The notes: a model not told the origin generated them from the letters alone. Counted from the first letter of the stretch, positions 10,055-19,592 are shown. The stretch: 64,000 nucleotides of DNA from Lachnospiraceae bacterium (GCA_029005135.1 JAQXFO010000022.1:2589-66588); one strand, 5' to 3'. A program made the numbers and translations.

Positions 10055-10561
10055 TTACTTCTTCGCAGCCAGAAACATGGTCATGAAGCGTCCTTCCATC
10101 TTAGGCGCCTTATCGACAACAGCCACATCGGACAGCTGCTGTGCGAAGTCCTCCATCATCGGACGGGAATCGGCGGTATGCGCCAACTCACGGCCTCTGA
10201 AACGGATACTGACCTTAACTTTGTTGCCTTTTTCCAGGAATTTGCGGGCGGAAGCAACCTTGACGTTCAGGTCGTTCGTGTCGATGTTCGGCGACATGCG
10301 GACTTCCTTAACTTCAATCACTTTCTGCTTCTTGCGGGCATCTTTTTCTTTGCGGCTCAATTCATAACGATATTTGCCATAATCGATGATCTTGCACACC
10401 GGAGGCACAGCCTTCGGGGAGATCTTAACCAGGTCAAGACCTGCTTCGTCAGCCATAGCCTGAGCTTCACGGGCCGACATAATACCAAGCTGTTCACCAT
10501 CGGTTCCGATCAGACGCACTTCTTTATCTCTGATCTGACCGTTAATCATTAAATCGCTAAT
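10055..10561 (-). CDS. infC: translation initiation factor IF-3 with a probable ATT start codon
   Basis: INGQIRDKEVRLIGTDGEQLGI plus the IF3 C-terminal domain. GGAGG (10573-10569) lies 7 nt upstream of ATT (10561-10559). An in-frame TGA sits at 10576-10574. The first ATG (10549) is 19 nt from the SD. Confidence 0.9.
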   Translation of the reverse strand: MSDLMINGQIRDKEVRLIGTDGEQLGIMSAREAQAMADEAGLDLVKISPKAVPPVCKIIDYGKYRYELSRKEKDARKKQKVIEVKEVRMSPNIDTNDLNVKVASARKFLEKGNKVKVSIRFRGRELAHTADSRPMMEDFAQQLSDVAVVDKAPKMEGRFMTMFLAAKK

Positions 10562-10755
10562 TGCTCTACCTCCTCATACCCTCATAACAACAAAAAAGAT
10601 GGACGGCCGCAGACCTGTCCACCAACGCAATGAGTCCGGAAATTCCGTCTCTGCTATATTAACACTCAGTCACAGACCACATGCTGAGGTGAGAGTGGAC
10701 ACTCTGCTTTCTTTTCGAACTTCTGCATTCTATCATACAGGGGCCGCCGCGTCAA
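10562..10755 (-). promoter_or_regulatory. infC operon promoter plus a structured leader with terminator (L20-leader-like attenuator)
   Basis: TTGACG (10755-10750), a 17-nt spacer, then TAGAAT (10732-10727). The leader is about 150 nt and ends in the hairpin GGACAGG..CCGUCC followed by AUCUUUUUUG (10620-10592), about 30 nt before the infC SD. Confidence 0.45.
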
Positions 10756-10833
10756 GCGATTTTCCCTGATTTCTGCGGTTTTTCTGCCGCCTGACGCCAA
10801 AAAGTGAAGATTGTGTGAAGGCTTTGCCCGCCT

Positions 10834-10863
10834 TTGGCATTGACCGCCCGGATATGGTATACT
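10834..10863 (+). promoter_or_regulatory. candidate promoter (TTGGCA-18-TGgTATACT, extended -10)
   Basis: TTGGCA at 10834-10839 and TATACT at 10858-10863 preceded by TGg. It lies upstream of the lipoprotein gene. Confidence 0.45.
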
Positions 10864-10927
10864 GCTGTCATCCTGTGTTTACGACAGCATCATTCGTACC
10901 GTCTTATGGTACCACGGAGGCAAGTTT

Positions 10928-11626
10928 ATGTTCAACAGAAAAATACTGCCGGTCCTGGCCGTTCTCATCGCCGCCTCTCTGACTATGACAGCCGGCTGCG
11001 GACGCCGGGCCGCCGAATCCGATATCAGCGAAGCGTCCTCCATCAGCATCGTTCAGCAGCCCTTGAGCCCCGAGGAGGAGGCCGCTGAGACACCGAAGGA
11101 GGCCTACATCGATCCCAACATGCCCAGTGTCGAGGATTACAAGGTTACCGAGGAAACGAAGTCCGAAGGTCTCAACATCGTCCCGGGCACCCACCTGGAC
11201 CTGTCCGACAGCGTCATTGCCGGCGAGATCGGAAAAACCTATGACATCACAGGCGCCGGCGCCGCCCTCTCCCTGACGATGGAGAACATCGCCGAAGCCG
11301 CCCCGGAGCAGATGACCAGCGGTCAGGAGGCGGAGAAGGTCGTCCGCATCACCTACACCTACCGCAACGTAAAGGGTATCGACTCCCTGATGGTCGGCCA
11401 GTATTCCTTCAAAGCCCTCGATGAGAACGGCAATGCCCTTCAGATCTATTATTTCAACCCGGAAAATGACGACGAGGTGAACATGATGCCGGTGAGTGAG
11501 GGAAACAGTTATACCGCCGCCCTGGGCTTCATCATGGACCCCGCTTCGACCAAGGTCACCATTGTCTACGATGACAACGCGCTCAGCAGCGGTACGCAGA
11601 TCGCCTGGACGGCGGAACTCCCCTGA
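10928..11626 (+). CDS. lipoprotein of unknown function
   Basis: Lipobox LTMTAGCG after a hydrophobic signal. Acidic linker, then a beta-rich C-terminal domain. No catalytic motif recognised. Confidence 0.7.
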   Translation: MFNRKILPVLAVLIAASLTMTAGCGRRAAESDISEASSISIVQQPLSPEEEAAETPKEAYIDPNMPSVEDYKVTEETKSEGLNIVPGTHLDLSDSVIAGEIGKTYDITGAGAALSLTMENIAEAAPEQMTSGQEAEKVVRITYTYRNVKGIDSLMVGQYSFKALDENGNALQIYYFNPENDDEVNMMPVSEGNSYTAALGFIMDPASTKVTIVYDDNALSSGTQIAWTAELP

Positions 11627-11640
11627 GCGTCAGCCCGAAC

Positions 11641-11690
11641 AAAAAAAGACAGAGAAGAAAGCCATGCTGCTTTTTCTCTGTCTTTTCTTT
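11641..11690. terminator. bidirectional terminator between the lipoprotein gene and thrS
   Basis: AGACAGAGAA (11647-11656) pairs with TTCTCTGTCT (11674-11683). An A-run precedes it and a T-run follows. Confidence 0.7.
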
Positions 11691-11704
11691 ATGGCCTGTC
11701 GGTG

Positions 11705-13681
11705 TTATTTTTTCTCTTCCGCCGGGGCATTCGGGCGGATCACCTTCGTCCGGATCTCTTCCTGAACATCGGCAATAAAGTCATCCAGATTGCGGATACC
11801 TTCATCGCCCAGGAAACGGGAACGGATGGAGACGGCATTGCCATCCTCGGCCTCCTTCTGACCGACGATAGCCAGATACGGCAGGCGGTCCATACGGCCG
11901 GAGCGGATCTTGTAACCGATCTTTTCATCCCGCTCATCGACCTCGGCCTTGATGCCGGCATCTCTGAGCTTCTTCTTCACCGCGAAGGCATAATCCATAT
12001 ATTTCTCGGAGATCGGCAGGATGCGGACCTGTTCCGGGCACAGCCAGGTCGGGAAGTTGCCGGCGTATTTTTCAATAAGCCAGGCCAGCGTTCTCTCGTA
12101 GCAGCCCACCGAGGTGCGGTGGATGATGTACGGGCGCTTCTTCAGGCCGTCCTTATCGGTAAAGGTCATATCGTAGCGTTCAGCCAGGAACATATCCAGC
12201 TGAATGGTGATCATGGTGTCTTCCTTGCCGTAGACGTTCTTCGCCTGAACATCCAGCTTCGGACCGTAGAAGGCGGCTTCGCCCACACCTTCCTTGTAGG
12301 AGATGCCCAGATCCTTCAGGATCTTGCGCATGAAGTTCTGGACCTCGTCCCACTTCTCGGCATCGCCCAGATAGTGATCGGCATTGTCCGGATCCCACAG
12401 GGACAGGCGGTAGGTCACGTCATCCTGAAGGCCCAGGGTCGTCAGGCAGTATTTCATCAGGTCGACGCAGCCGCGGAATTCGTCCTCGGTCTGGTCGGGA
12501 CGGATGACCAGATGACCTTCGGAAATGGTAAACTGGCGGACACGGGTCAGGCCGTGCATCTCGCCCGAGGATTCATTTCGGAAAAGGGTCGAGGTCTCGC
12601 CGTAACGGCAGGGCAGATCGCGGTAGCTCTTCGGCTCGGCCTTGTAGATCATATACTGGAAGGGGCAGGTCATCGGACGCAGGGCGAAGATCTCCTCATT
12701 CGGGTCATCCTGCTTGTCGGTATCGCCGAGGATGAACATGCCTTCTTTGTAATGATTCCAGTGGTCGGAGAGGATATAGAGCTCTCTCTTGGCCATCAGC
12801 GGTGTCTTGGTCCTCATGTAGCCGCGGCGCTCTTCCTCGTCCTCGATCCAGCGCTGCATCGTCTGGATGATGGCGGCCCCCTTGGGCATAATCAGGGGCA
12901 GGCCCTGACCGATGACATCGACGGTGGTGAACAGACCCATCTCGCGGCCCAAACGGTTGTGATCGCGCAGCCTGGCCTCTTCGAGTCTCTTAAGATACTC
13001 TTCCAGTTCTTCCTTCGTGTTGAAGGCCGCCCCGTAGATACGGGTCAGCATCTTGTTTTTCTCGCTGCCGCGCCAGTAGGCACCGGAGCTTGATGTCAGC
13101 TTGAAATATTTGACCGGCCTGGTGTTCATCAGATGCGGACCGGCGCAGAGGTCGGTAAAGCCGCCCTGATCGTAAAAGCTGATGACGGCATCCTCCGGCA
13201 GGTCACGGATGAGCTCGGCCTTGTACGGTTCGCCCTCCTCTTCCATCCGGCGGATGGCTTCCTCGCGGGGCAGGGTGTAGCGGACGATCTCATGGCCTTC
13301 CTTGATGACCTTCTTCATCTCAGCTTCGATCTTATCCAGATCCTCACGGGTAAAGGGCGCCGTGTCAAAATCATAATACCAGCCGTTCTCGATGGCCGGA
13401 CCGATGGCCACCTTGACATCGGGACGGATACGCTTGACCGCTTCGGCCATAATATGGCTGGCGGTATGCCGCAGGGTCCTGATACCGGCCTCGTCCTTAG
13501 CTGTCAGAATGTTGAGGGTGGCATCGCTGTCGATCACGGTGCGCAGATCCCGGATCTCGCCGTTAATCTCGGCCACACAGGCCGCACGGGCCAGACCGGC
13601 GGAGATATCCTCGGCAATCTCGTACGCTGACATCGGATGATCGTATTCTTTAACGGAATTATCTTTCAGAGTAATTTTCAT
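11705..13681 (-). CDS. thrS: threonine--tRNA ligase
   Basis: 658 aa. It has a TGS domain N-terminus (MKITLKDNSVKEYD), class II core motifs (FRNESSGEMHGLTRVRQFT) and an anticodon-binding C-terminus. Confidence 0.97.
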   Translation of the reverse strand: MKITLKDNSVKEYDHPMSAYEIAEDISAGLARAACVAEINGEIRDLRTVIDSDATLNILTAKDEAGIRTLRHTASHIMAEAVKRIRPDVKVAIGPAIENGWYYDFDTAPFTREDLDKIEAEMKKVIKEGHEIVRYTLPREEAIRRMEEEGEPYKAELIRDLPEDAVISFYDQGGFTDLCAGPHLMNTRPVKYFKLTSSSGAYWRGSEKNKMLTRIYGAAFNTKEELEEYLKRLEEARLRDHNRLGREMGLFTTVDVIGQGLPLIMPKGAAIIQTMQRWIEDEEERRGYMRTKTPLMAKRELYILSDHWNHYKEGMFILGDTDKQDDPNEEIFALRPMTCPFQYMIYKAEPKSYRDLPCRYGETSTLFRNESSGEMHGLTRVRQFTISEGHLVIRPDQTEDEFRGCVDLMKYCLTTLGLQDDVTYRLSLWDPDNADHYLGDAEKWDEVQNFMRKILKDLGISYKEGVGEAAFYGPKLDVQAKNVYGKEDTMITIQLDMFLAERYDMTFTDKDGLKKRPYIIHRTSVGCYERTLAWLIEKYAGNFPTWLCPEQVRILPISEKYMDYAFAVKKKLRDAGIKAEVDERDEKIGYKIRSGRMDRLPYLAIVGQKEAEDGNAVSIRSRFLGDEGIRNLDDFIADVQEEIRTKVIRPNAPAEEKK

Positions 13682-13696
13682 GAATTTCTCCTTAAA

Positions 13697-14296
13697 TTAC
13701 TGATTCCTTCCGCAGCAGTTCTTATATTTTTTGCCCGAACCGCAGGGACAGGGATCATTGCGGCCGATCTTCTTCGGTTTGACGATCGTGCCTGATTTAC
13801 GCTGTTCCAGGAAAAGAGCGTGCTGTTCGTCTTTTGTAAAGATGGCGTCCCATTCCGGCAGCTCATAGAGCCAGTCGGCGCGGGCCTCCACCATATTCTT
13901 GTAGAGCCTTGTCTTGTCAAAGCCCAGATTGACTTCGGTATCCTCGGTCATCGTCTCGATCGGGTTTTTCTCGATCAGGCTGTCATTGATACCGTCCAGG
14001 AAGCCAACCATCTTCTCCAGAGTCACCTCGAATTTGTCGGCCAGCTCTTTGACAGAGCCGCGGACGACCGTATCCGGAGTCTTGAGAAGCTCGGCATAAA
14101 TAGCTTTCTCGGACAGGAAATAGTCCTGCCAGAGGCGTCTTAATTTTCCTTTATCCGCATTCTGGTCGTAGGCCTTGGCTCTCCACTGACCCAGAAGGGT
14201 GTTTTTATCTATTTTAAATTCCTCCGCCGCAGCCGGCGTGGGGGTGGCCTCCGCGGCCTCGGCGTTCATAAGATCTCTTGCCTTTTCATCAGCCAT
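13697..14296 (-). CDS. SEC-C motif-containing protein
   Basis: The C-terminus [19 protein letters not shown] is the SEC-C metal-binding motif. ATG at 14296 (MADEKARDL) has a GAGGAG SD. It ends 15 nt before thrS. Confidence 0.75.
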   Translation of the reverse strand: MADEKARDLMNAEAAEATPTPAAAEEFKIDKNTLLGQWRAKAYDQNADKGKLRRLWQDYFLSEKAIYAELLKTPDTVVRGSVKELADKFEVTLEKMVGFLDGINDSLIEKNPIETMTEDTEVNLGFDKTRLYKNMVEARADWLYELPEWDAIFTKDEQHALFLEQRKSGTIVKPKKIGRNDPCPCGSGKKYKNCCGRNQ

Positions 14297-14404
14297 GATA
14301 ATAATCTCCTCAAACAAATGATTTTCAGTGTGAAAAACAGCACGACATTAAAAGCACATCATATTGTAGCAGAAAATCCCTGAAAGTGCCACAAAAATGG
14401 CACT

Positions 14405-15703
14405 TCATCCGGCGGGATTGAAACGGGCCAGATTCTTCTTGTCTTCCGGCGTCGGTCTGATCTCACCGGCCTTCGTCAGAGCCCAGCGCGTCAATGTCGG
14501 TCCGACCAGTTCGTAGATCAGCACGCCGAAGAGCACGATATTCCGGATCAGCGCACCTTCTCCCGTCCCGAGAGAGGAAGCCGTCACCGACATGCCGAGA
14601 GCCACGCCGGCCTGCGGAAACAGGGTTATGCCGAGATAGCGGCAGACATCGGGGCTGCTGTGAGCCAGACGGGCGCCGACGGAGGCGCCGGCGTATTTGC
14701 CGATGACACGGACCACAACATAGACAAGGCCCGCGATCACCACGCTCACGGAACTGAATACGCTCAGGTCAAGATCCGCCCCCGACAGCACGAAGAAGGT
14801 GGCAAAAAGCGGCATCGTCCAGCTGTCGGCTCTCTTGAAAATATCCTGGGAGAAGGGACTGAGGTTGCAGAAGACCATTCCCATCATCATCAGAACCAGC
14901 AGATTGGAGAAGGACAGGGTTACCGGCCCCAGCGGAATCTCCAGTGAAGCCACGGCGATGGTGAAAAAGACCAGCGAGATCGTCATGGCCATACGGTTGC
15001 GGTTGGAATAGAAAAGACGTTCCAGCTTTGTCATAACAAAGCCCATCAGAGCACCGAGCGCCAATGAGCCGACGATCTCCAGCAGCGGATTGACCGCCAC
15101 GGTGATCACACTGAGGGTACCGCCCTCCAGGGCCTGGGCGATCCCGAAGGAGACCGCGAAAATGATGAGGCCGGCAGCGTCATCCAGGGCTACCACCGGC
15201 AGCAGAATATCCACAATGGGGCCCTCCGCCTTGTACTGACGGACGACCATCAGCGTTGCCGCGGGGGCCGTCGCCGCCGCTATGGCACCGAGGGTGATGC
15301 AGGCCGACAGCGGCAGCACCTCTTCACCAAGAATCATATGAAGTCCCAGAAGGGCCAGGTCGACCAGCACGCAGGCCGAGAGCACCTCGCCGATCAGCAC
15401 GCGGACCACAGCCCCGCCGACACGCCTGAGTTTCTCGAGCTTGAATTCACTGCCGATGGAGAAGGCGATAAAGCCCAGGGCGGCATCCGTGATCAGCGCC
15501 ATGGCATCGACGGCTTCGAAGGACGTAAACCCGATCCCCGGAATGCCGAGACGGCCCAGGCAATAGGGTCCCACCAGCAGGCCGGCGATCAGGAAGGCCG
15601 TCACATCCGGAAAATTCAGACGGCACCATTTGAAGACACGGGTCATCATCAAACCCGCGAAAAGGGCTATCGCCGTCGCAAACAAAGGTTCCATTTCATT
15701 CAT
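14405..15703 (-). CDS. cation:proton antiporter (CPA family, Na+/H+ exchanger-like)
   Basis: Twelve or so TM segments. LIAGLLVGPYCLG and similar motifs are typical of Kef/NapA-type antiporters. Start trimmed to the ATG at 15703 (MNEMEPLF). The track's extension to 16015 overlaps the divergent HAD gene. Confidence 0.85.
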   Translation of the reverse strand: MNEMEPLFATAIALFAGLMMTRVFKWCRLNFPDVTAFLIAGLLVGPYCLGRLGIPGIGFTSFEAVDAMALITDAALGFIAFSIGSEFKLEKLRRVGGAVVRVLIGEVLSACVLVDLALLGLHMILGEEVLPLSACITLGAIAAATAPAATLMVVRQYKAEGPIVDILLPVVALDDAAGLIIFAVSFGIAQALEGGTLSVITVAVNPLLEIVGSLALGALMGFVMTKLERLFYSNRNRMAMTISLVFFTIAVASLEIPLGPVTLSFSNLLVLMMMGMVFCNLSPFSQDIFKRADSWTMPLFATFFVLSGADLDLSVFSSVSVVIAGLVYVVVRVIGKYAGASVGARLAHSSPDVCRYLGITLFPQAGVALGMSVTASSLGTGEGALIRNIVLFGVLIYELVGPTLTRWALTKAGEIRPTPEDKKNLARFNPAG

Positions 15704-15731
15704 GGTCAAAACCTTCTTTCTTACTTGAATG

Positions 15732-15760
15732 TTGTCTCTTATCAGGCACTTAGCTATAAT
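15732..15760 (+). promoter_or_regulatory. candidate promoter TTGTCT-17-TATAAT placed 7 nt before the HAD start codon
   Basis: TATAAT at 15755-15760 and ATG at 15768. See the finding on possible leaderless translation. Confidence 0.35.
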
Positions 15761-15767
15761 AAGGCTT

Positions 15768-16589
15768 ATGAATAAAAATATCAAACAAATCCTGGCGATC
15801 ATCGCCATCGTCCTGCTGGCGGGCTTGTATCTGTGCGCCTTCGTCTCCGCTTTTTTCAAAAGCGAACTGGCACAGACGCTATTCCGCGCCGCACTGGGCG
15901 GCACCATCATCATTCCGGTCTTCCTGTACGCCTTCCTGCTGGCGGCCAAAGCCTTGAAGCCGGGCAAATCACCCCTCATCGACACCATTGTCTTTGATGT
16001 CGGCAACGTTCTCATCGGTTTTGATTACCTGACATTCTGCCGGGAGGAGCTGGGATTTTCAGAAGAGATCATCACCCTGATGACGACGGACCACCGCTTC
16101 AGTGACCTGTGGCGTGACTTTGATCTGGGACTGCGTCCCTATGAGGAGATCCGCGACGACTATCTGCGGACATTTCCGTCATATCAAACTGAGATCGCAG
16201 CCTTCCTCGACAATATCGACCGGGCTATGGTGCCTTACGGCTACGCTGTCCCGATGCTTGAGGCGCTGAAGCAGCGCGGCTACCGGCTTTATATTCTGTC
16301 GAACTGGAACCGCTTTACCTATGACCGCCTCAGCGAACGCGGCGACATGGCCATCGAGGCTCTGACCGACGGCGCGGCCTGGTCACATCAGACCCATCTT
16401 CTCAAGCCGGATCCCGCCGCATACGCGTATCTGACCGCAGCCTTCGGCATTACGCCGGAGCGGGCTGTCTTTATCGACGACATGGCGGCGAACACGGCCG
16501 CTGCCGCCGAAGCCGGCTATCAGACCATCACCTTCACGGATTATCAGACCATGAAGGACAAACTCGCCGCCCTGGGTGTCCGTTTCTGA
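15768..16589 (+). CDS. HAD-superfamily hydrolase with an N-terminal membrane anchor
   Basis: Two N-terminal TM helices, then HAD motif I FDVGNVL, LSNWN, and motif IV FIDDMAANTAAA. Confidence 0.8.
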   Translation: MNKNIKQILAIIAIVLLAGLYLCAFVSAFFKSELAQTLFRAALGGTIIIPVFLYAFLLAAKALKPGKSPLIDTIVFDVGNVLIGFDYLTFCREELGFSEEIITLMTTDHRFSDLWRDFDLGLRPYEEIRDDYLRTFPSYQTEIAAFLDNIDRAMVPYGYAVPMLEALKQRGYRLYILSNWNRFTYDRLSERGDMAIEALTDGAAWSHQTHLLKPDPAAYAYLTAAFGITPERAVFIDDMAANTAAAAEAGYQTITFTDYQTMKDKLAALGVRF

Positions 16590-16618
16590 AGGACCGCGGA
16601 ACTATGTCAAACCCTGAA

Positions 16619-16661
16619 GAGGGCGTAAGAAACAGCCATCGTTTCTTACGCCCTCTCATTT
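16619..16661. terminator. bidirectional terminator (convergent HAD and ABC genes)
   Basis: 15-bp perfect stem GAGGGCGTAAGAAAC/GTTTCTTACGCCCTC with a 7-nt loop, followed by TCATTTT. Confidence 0.75.
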
Positions 16662-16708
16662 TGCCATGTTTTATACCTGCCTATGGCCGTCTTATTGCCG
16701 GCAGGCTG

Positions 16709-17506
16709 TCAGCTCTCCAGGAGCATGCGGTCGTTGTCCAGCTCCTCGCCGCTGTCTTCCTTGAATTTTTCCAGCAGATCAGCCACCTTCAGCGTCTTCT
16801 TCTCGTCGCCTTCAACGTCGTAGATGATACGACCGTTGCTCATCATGATCAGACGGTTGCCGTAACGGATGGCGTCTTTCATATTGTGGGTGATCATCAT
16901 TGTGGTCAGATTGTGCTCGGAGACCAGCTTCTCGGTCAGAGACAGCACCTTGGCGGCCGTCTTCGGGTCAAGGGCAGCGGTATGTTCGTCAAGAAGAAGA
17001 AGCTCCGGCTTCTTCAGTGTGGCCATCAGCAGGGTCAGGGCCTGTCTCTGTCCGCCGGACAGCAGGCCGACACGGGTGGTCAGACGTTCTTCAAGGCCCA
17101 GATCCAGAGTCTTCAGCTGTTCCTTGTACATCTCACGCTCGGCGGCGGTAATGGCCCACTTCAGGGTACGGCGGCTGCCGCGGCGGTTGGCCAGAGCCAG
17201 ATTTTCTTCGATCTGCATACTGGCGGCGGTACCGAACATCGGATCCTGGAAGACACGCCCCAGAAATTTGGCGCGTTTGTATTCCGGCCACAGGGAGATA
17301 TTGACGTCATTGAGGACGATCTTGCCCTTGTCGATCGGATAGACACCGGCGATCATGTTGAGCATGGTGGATTTGCCGGCGCCGTTGCCTCCGATGACCG
17401 TGACGAAATCACCGTCCTTCAGTGTCAGATTGATGCCGTTGAGAGCTTTCTTTTCGTTAATCGTTCCCTTATTGAAGGTTTTTTCGACATTTGTGATCGT
17501 GAGCAT
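16709..17506 (-). CDS. ABC transporter ATP-binding protein
   Basis: GGNGAGKST Walker A, LSGGQRQALTLLMA signature and LLLDEHTAALD Walker B. ATG at 17506 lies 1 nt after the permease stop. Confidence 0.9.
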   Translation of the reverse strand: MLTITNVEKTFNKGTINEKKALNGINLTLKDGDFVTVIGGNGAGKSTMLNMIAGVYPIDKGKIVLNDVNISLWPEYKRAKFLGRVFQDPMFGTAASMQIEENLALANRRGSRRTLKWAITAAEREMYKEQLKTLDLGLEERLTTRVGLLSGGQRQALTLLMATLKKPELLLLDEHTAALDPKTAAKVLSLTEKLVSEHNLTTMMITHNMKDAIRYGNRLIMMSNGRIIYDVEGDEKKTLKVADLLEKFKEDSGEELDNDRMLLES

Positions 17507-17507
17507 A

Positions 17508-18434
17508 TTATTTATCCTCCCCTTCTGAATAGGCACGTCTGATGCGTACTTTTTCGAGAATATTCGGTACAGACAGGAAGATGGCGACGACCACGGCCGA
17601 CAGGAGCTTCAGATCGTTGGAATTCAGGCCAAGCCACAGGACGATCTGCAGAACAGCATAATAAATGATGGCGCCGACAGAGACCGACAGCAGCTTGACG
17701 GCAAAATTTCGGGCGATCTTACCGAAAAGGACTTCCGCGATGATAACGGAGGCCAGGCCGATGACGATGGCGCCGCGGCCGGCATTGACATCCGCAAAGC
17801 CCTGATACTGGGCGTAGAGGCCGCTGGCAAAGGCCACAATGGCATTGGACAGCATCAGGCCGAAGATCTTGCACAGGGTCGTATTGATGCCCTGAGCGCA
17901 GGCCATCCGCTGATTGGAGCCCGTGGCCCGGAGGGAGGCGCCGAATTCCGTCCCGAAGAAGGCATACAGAAGGGCGATCATAAGGAGCGTGATGATGACC
18001 GCCACCAGAATCGTATTGCGGTAGAAGGGCACATTCTTGATATAGCGCAGGGACACCAGAAGATCATACTTGTCAACGCTGATGGCCTGGTTGGCCTTGC
18101 CGCCCAGGATGCGCAGGTTGACGGAGTAGAGTCCCAGCTGGGTCAGGATACCGGCCAGGATGGCCGGAATACCCATCACCGTATGCAGGACGCCGGTCAC
18201 CAGACCGGCCAGCAGGCCGGCAACAAAGGCAGCCGCAAGGGACACGCCGATAGAATAGCCGTTCAGCATCATCATAATGCAGACAGCGCCGCCGGTACAC
18301 ATCGTACCGTCAACGGTCAGATCGGCAATATCCAGGATTTTGTAGGTAATGTACACACCGATGGCCATGATGCCCCAGATCAGGCCCTGGGCCACCGCGC
18401 CGGGCATGGCATTCAGAAGGTTCAGAATTTCCAC
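17508..18434 (-). CDS. ABC transporter permease
   Basis: Polytopic membrane protein between the SBP and ATPase genes. GTG start with GAAGAGGTG SD. Confidence 0.85.
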   Translation of the reverse strand: MEILNLLNAMPGAVAQGLIWGIMAIGVYITYKILDIADLTVDGTMCTGGAVCIMMMLNGYSIGVSLAAAFVAGLLAGLVTGVLHTVMGIPAILAGILTQLGLYSVNLRILGGKANQAISVDKYDLLVSLRYIKNVPFYRNTILVAVIITLLMIALLYAFFGTEFGASLRATGSNQRMACAQGINTTLCKIFGLMLSNAIVAFASGLYAQYQGFADVNAGRGAIVIGLASVIIAEVLFGKIARNFAVKLLSVSVGAIIYYAVLQIVLWLGLNSNDLKLLSAVVVAIFLSVPNILEKVRIRRAYSEGEDK

Positions 18435-18538
18435 ATCAACACCTCTTCGTTTTTCCAGAAATCATATAAATCTATTTGTACCTTAAAATGCGGCGAAGGT
18501 CAACCTCCGCCGCATTGTTTGTGGTGCTGTGGTTATGT

Positions 18539-19498
18539 TTACTCTTCGGCAAGAGCCGTATAGCCTTCCGGAACATTAACGCCGAGGGCTTCGCAGCGGC
18601 TGGCCACGTATTCCTTCGTGACTTCCGGAGCGTATTCCACCTCCATCTGGGAGATGTCGGCGCCGTTCTTCAGAATATCGACGGCCATCTCGCCGGCCTT
18701 ATAGCCGATATCGTAATAGCTGATGGACAGTGTTGCCACACCGCAGCCCCGGGCAATGCCTTCTTCACCGGCCACGACCGGAACCTTGGCATCCAGGCAG
18801 ACAGCATCGATAACAGCGGTGTTGGAAGCGGCCGTGTTGTCCGTCGGAATATAGATGACATCGGAGGCGGAAGCCGCATTGGTGGCTACGGCCGCGATAT
18901 CATTGGAGTCCGTGAAGGTGTACGGTGCCACGGCATAACCCATAGCTGTCAGTGATTCTGTAATCACGTCAGCCTGATACTGGGAGTTGGGTTCGGCTGA
19001 GCAGTAGATAATACCGATATTCTTGGCATCCGGGAACAGCTCCTGGATCATGGCCGCCTGGTCTGCCAGCGGAGCCAGATCAGAGGTGCCGGAAATATTC
19101 TTGCCTGTGACGCCTGTCCAGCCGTCGATATCCAGAGCTGTGGCATAATCCGTGATGGAGGTGCCGAGGATCGGAATCTTATCCGTGCCGGCGGCAGCGG
19201 CCTGGAGTGCCGCAGTGGCATTGGCCAGAATCAGATCGACATCGTCAGAGACAAACTGATTGATGATCGTAGCGCATGTCGGGGAGTCACCGGCAGCATT
19301 CTGTTCGTCAAACTTGACCTTGTCACCGAACTCGGCTGTCAGGGCATCCTTAAAGCCCTGTGTCGCAGCATCGAGAGCTTCGTGCTGAACCAGCTGGCAG
19401 ATACCGACTGTGATGGCATCGTCCTTCTTGCCGCAGGCGGCTGTCATAGTCATCACCATAGCGGCGGCGGCAATAACCGCGATAATTCTCTTTTTCAT
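18539..19498 (-). CDS. ABC transporter substrate-binding lipoprotein (ABC_sub_bind / TrpX-like family)
   Basis: MKKRIIAVIAAAAMVMTMTAACG lipobox. ITVGICQLVQHEALDAATQGF resembles the uncharacterised ABC-type binding protein family. An alternative ATG at 19510 has an SD with no spacer. Confidence 0.82.
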   Translation of the reverse strand: MKKRIIAVIAAAAMVMTMTAACGKKDDAITVGICQLVQHEALDAATQGFKDALTAEFGDKVKFDEQNAAGDSPTCATIINQFVSDDVDLILANATAALQAAAAGTDKIPILGTSITDYATALDIDGWTGVTGKNISGTSDLAPLADQAAMIQELFPDAKNIGIIYCSAEPNSQYQADVITESLTAMGYAVAPYTFTDSNDIAAVATNAASASDVIYIPTDNTAASNTAVIDAVCLDAKVPVVAGEEGIARGCGVATLSISYYDIGYKAGEMAVDILKNGADISQMEVEYAPEVTKEYVASRCEALGVNVPEGYTALAEE

Positions 19499-19563
19499 AA
19501 TCTTCACCATTCCTCATTTTGTCCGGCGCTTTATCGGTTTAAAGCGTCGGCTTGCAAATGTAG

Positions 19564-19592
19564 ATTATAATGACGCCGCTCCGTTTTGTCAA
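19564..19592 (-). promoter_or_regulatory. consensus sigma-A promoter TTGACA-17-TATAAT for the ABC operon
   Basis: Minus strand reads TTGACA (19592-19587), aaacggagcggcgtcat, TATAAT (19569-19564). Confidence 0.65.

Noticed and set aside
15704-16015. 104-codon extension of the antiporter ORF; likewise 29475..29744 for purB and 37681..37800 for the giant protein
   Set aside because: Longest-ORF artefacts. The extensions overlap neighbouring genes or promoters and are compositionally odd. Internal starts with SDs give family-typical N-termini.
19511-19563. Short interrupted hairpin (CGCTTTA-N6-TAAAGCG) in the 5' UTR of the third ABC operon, considered as a possible riboswitch
   Set aside because: The UTR is only about 55 nt. 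It has a single small stem and no resemblance to a riboswitch class I know. Most likely it is a simple stabilising hairpin.
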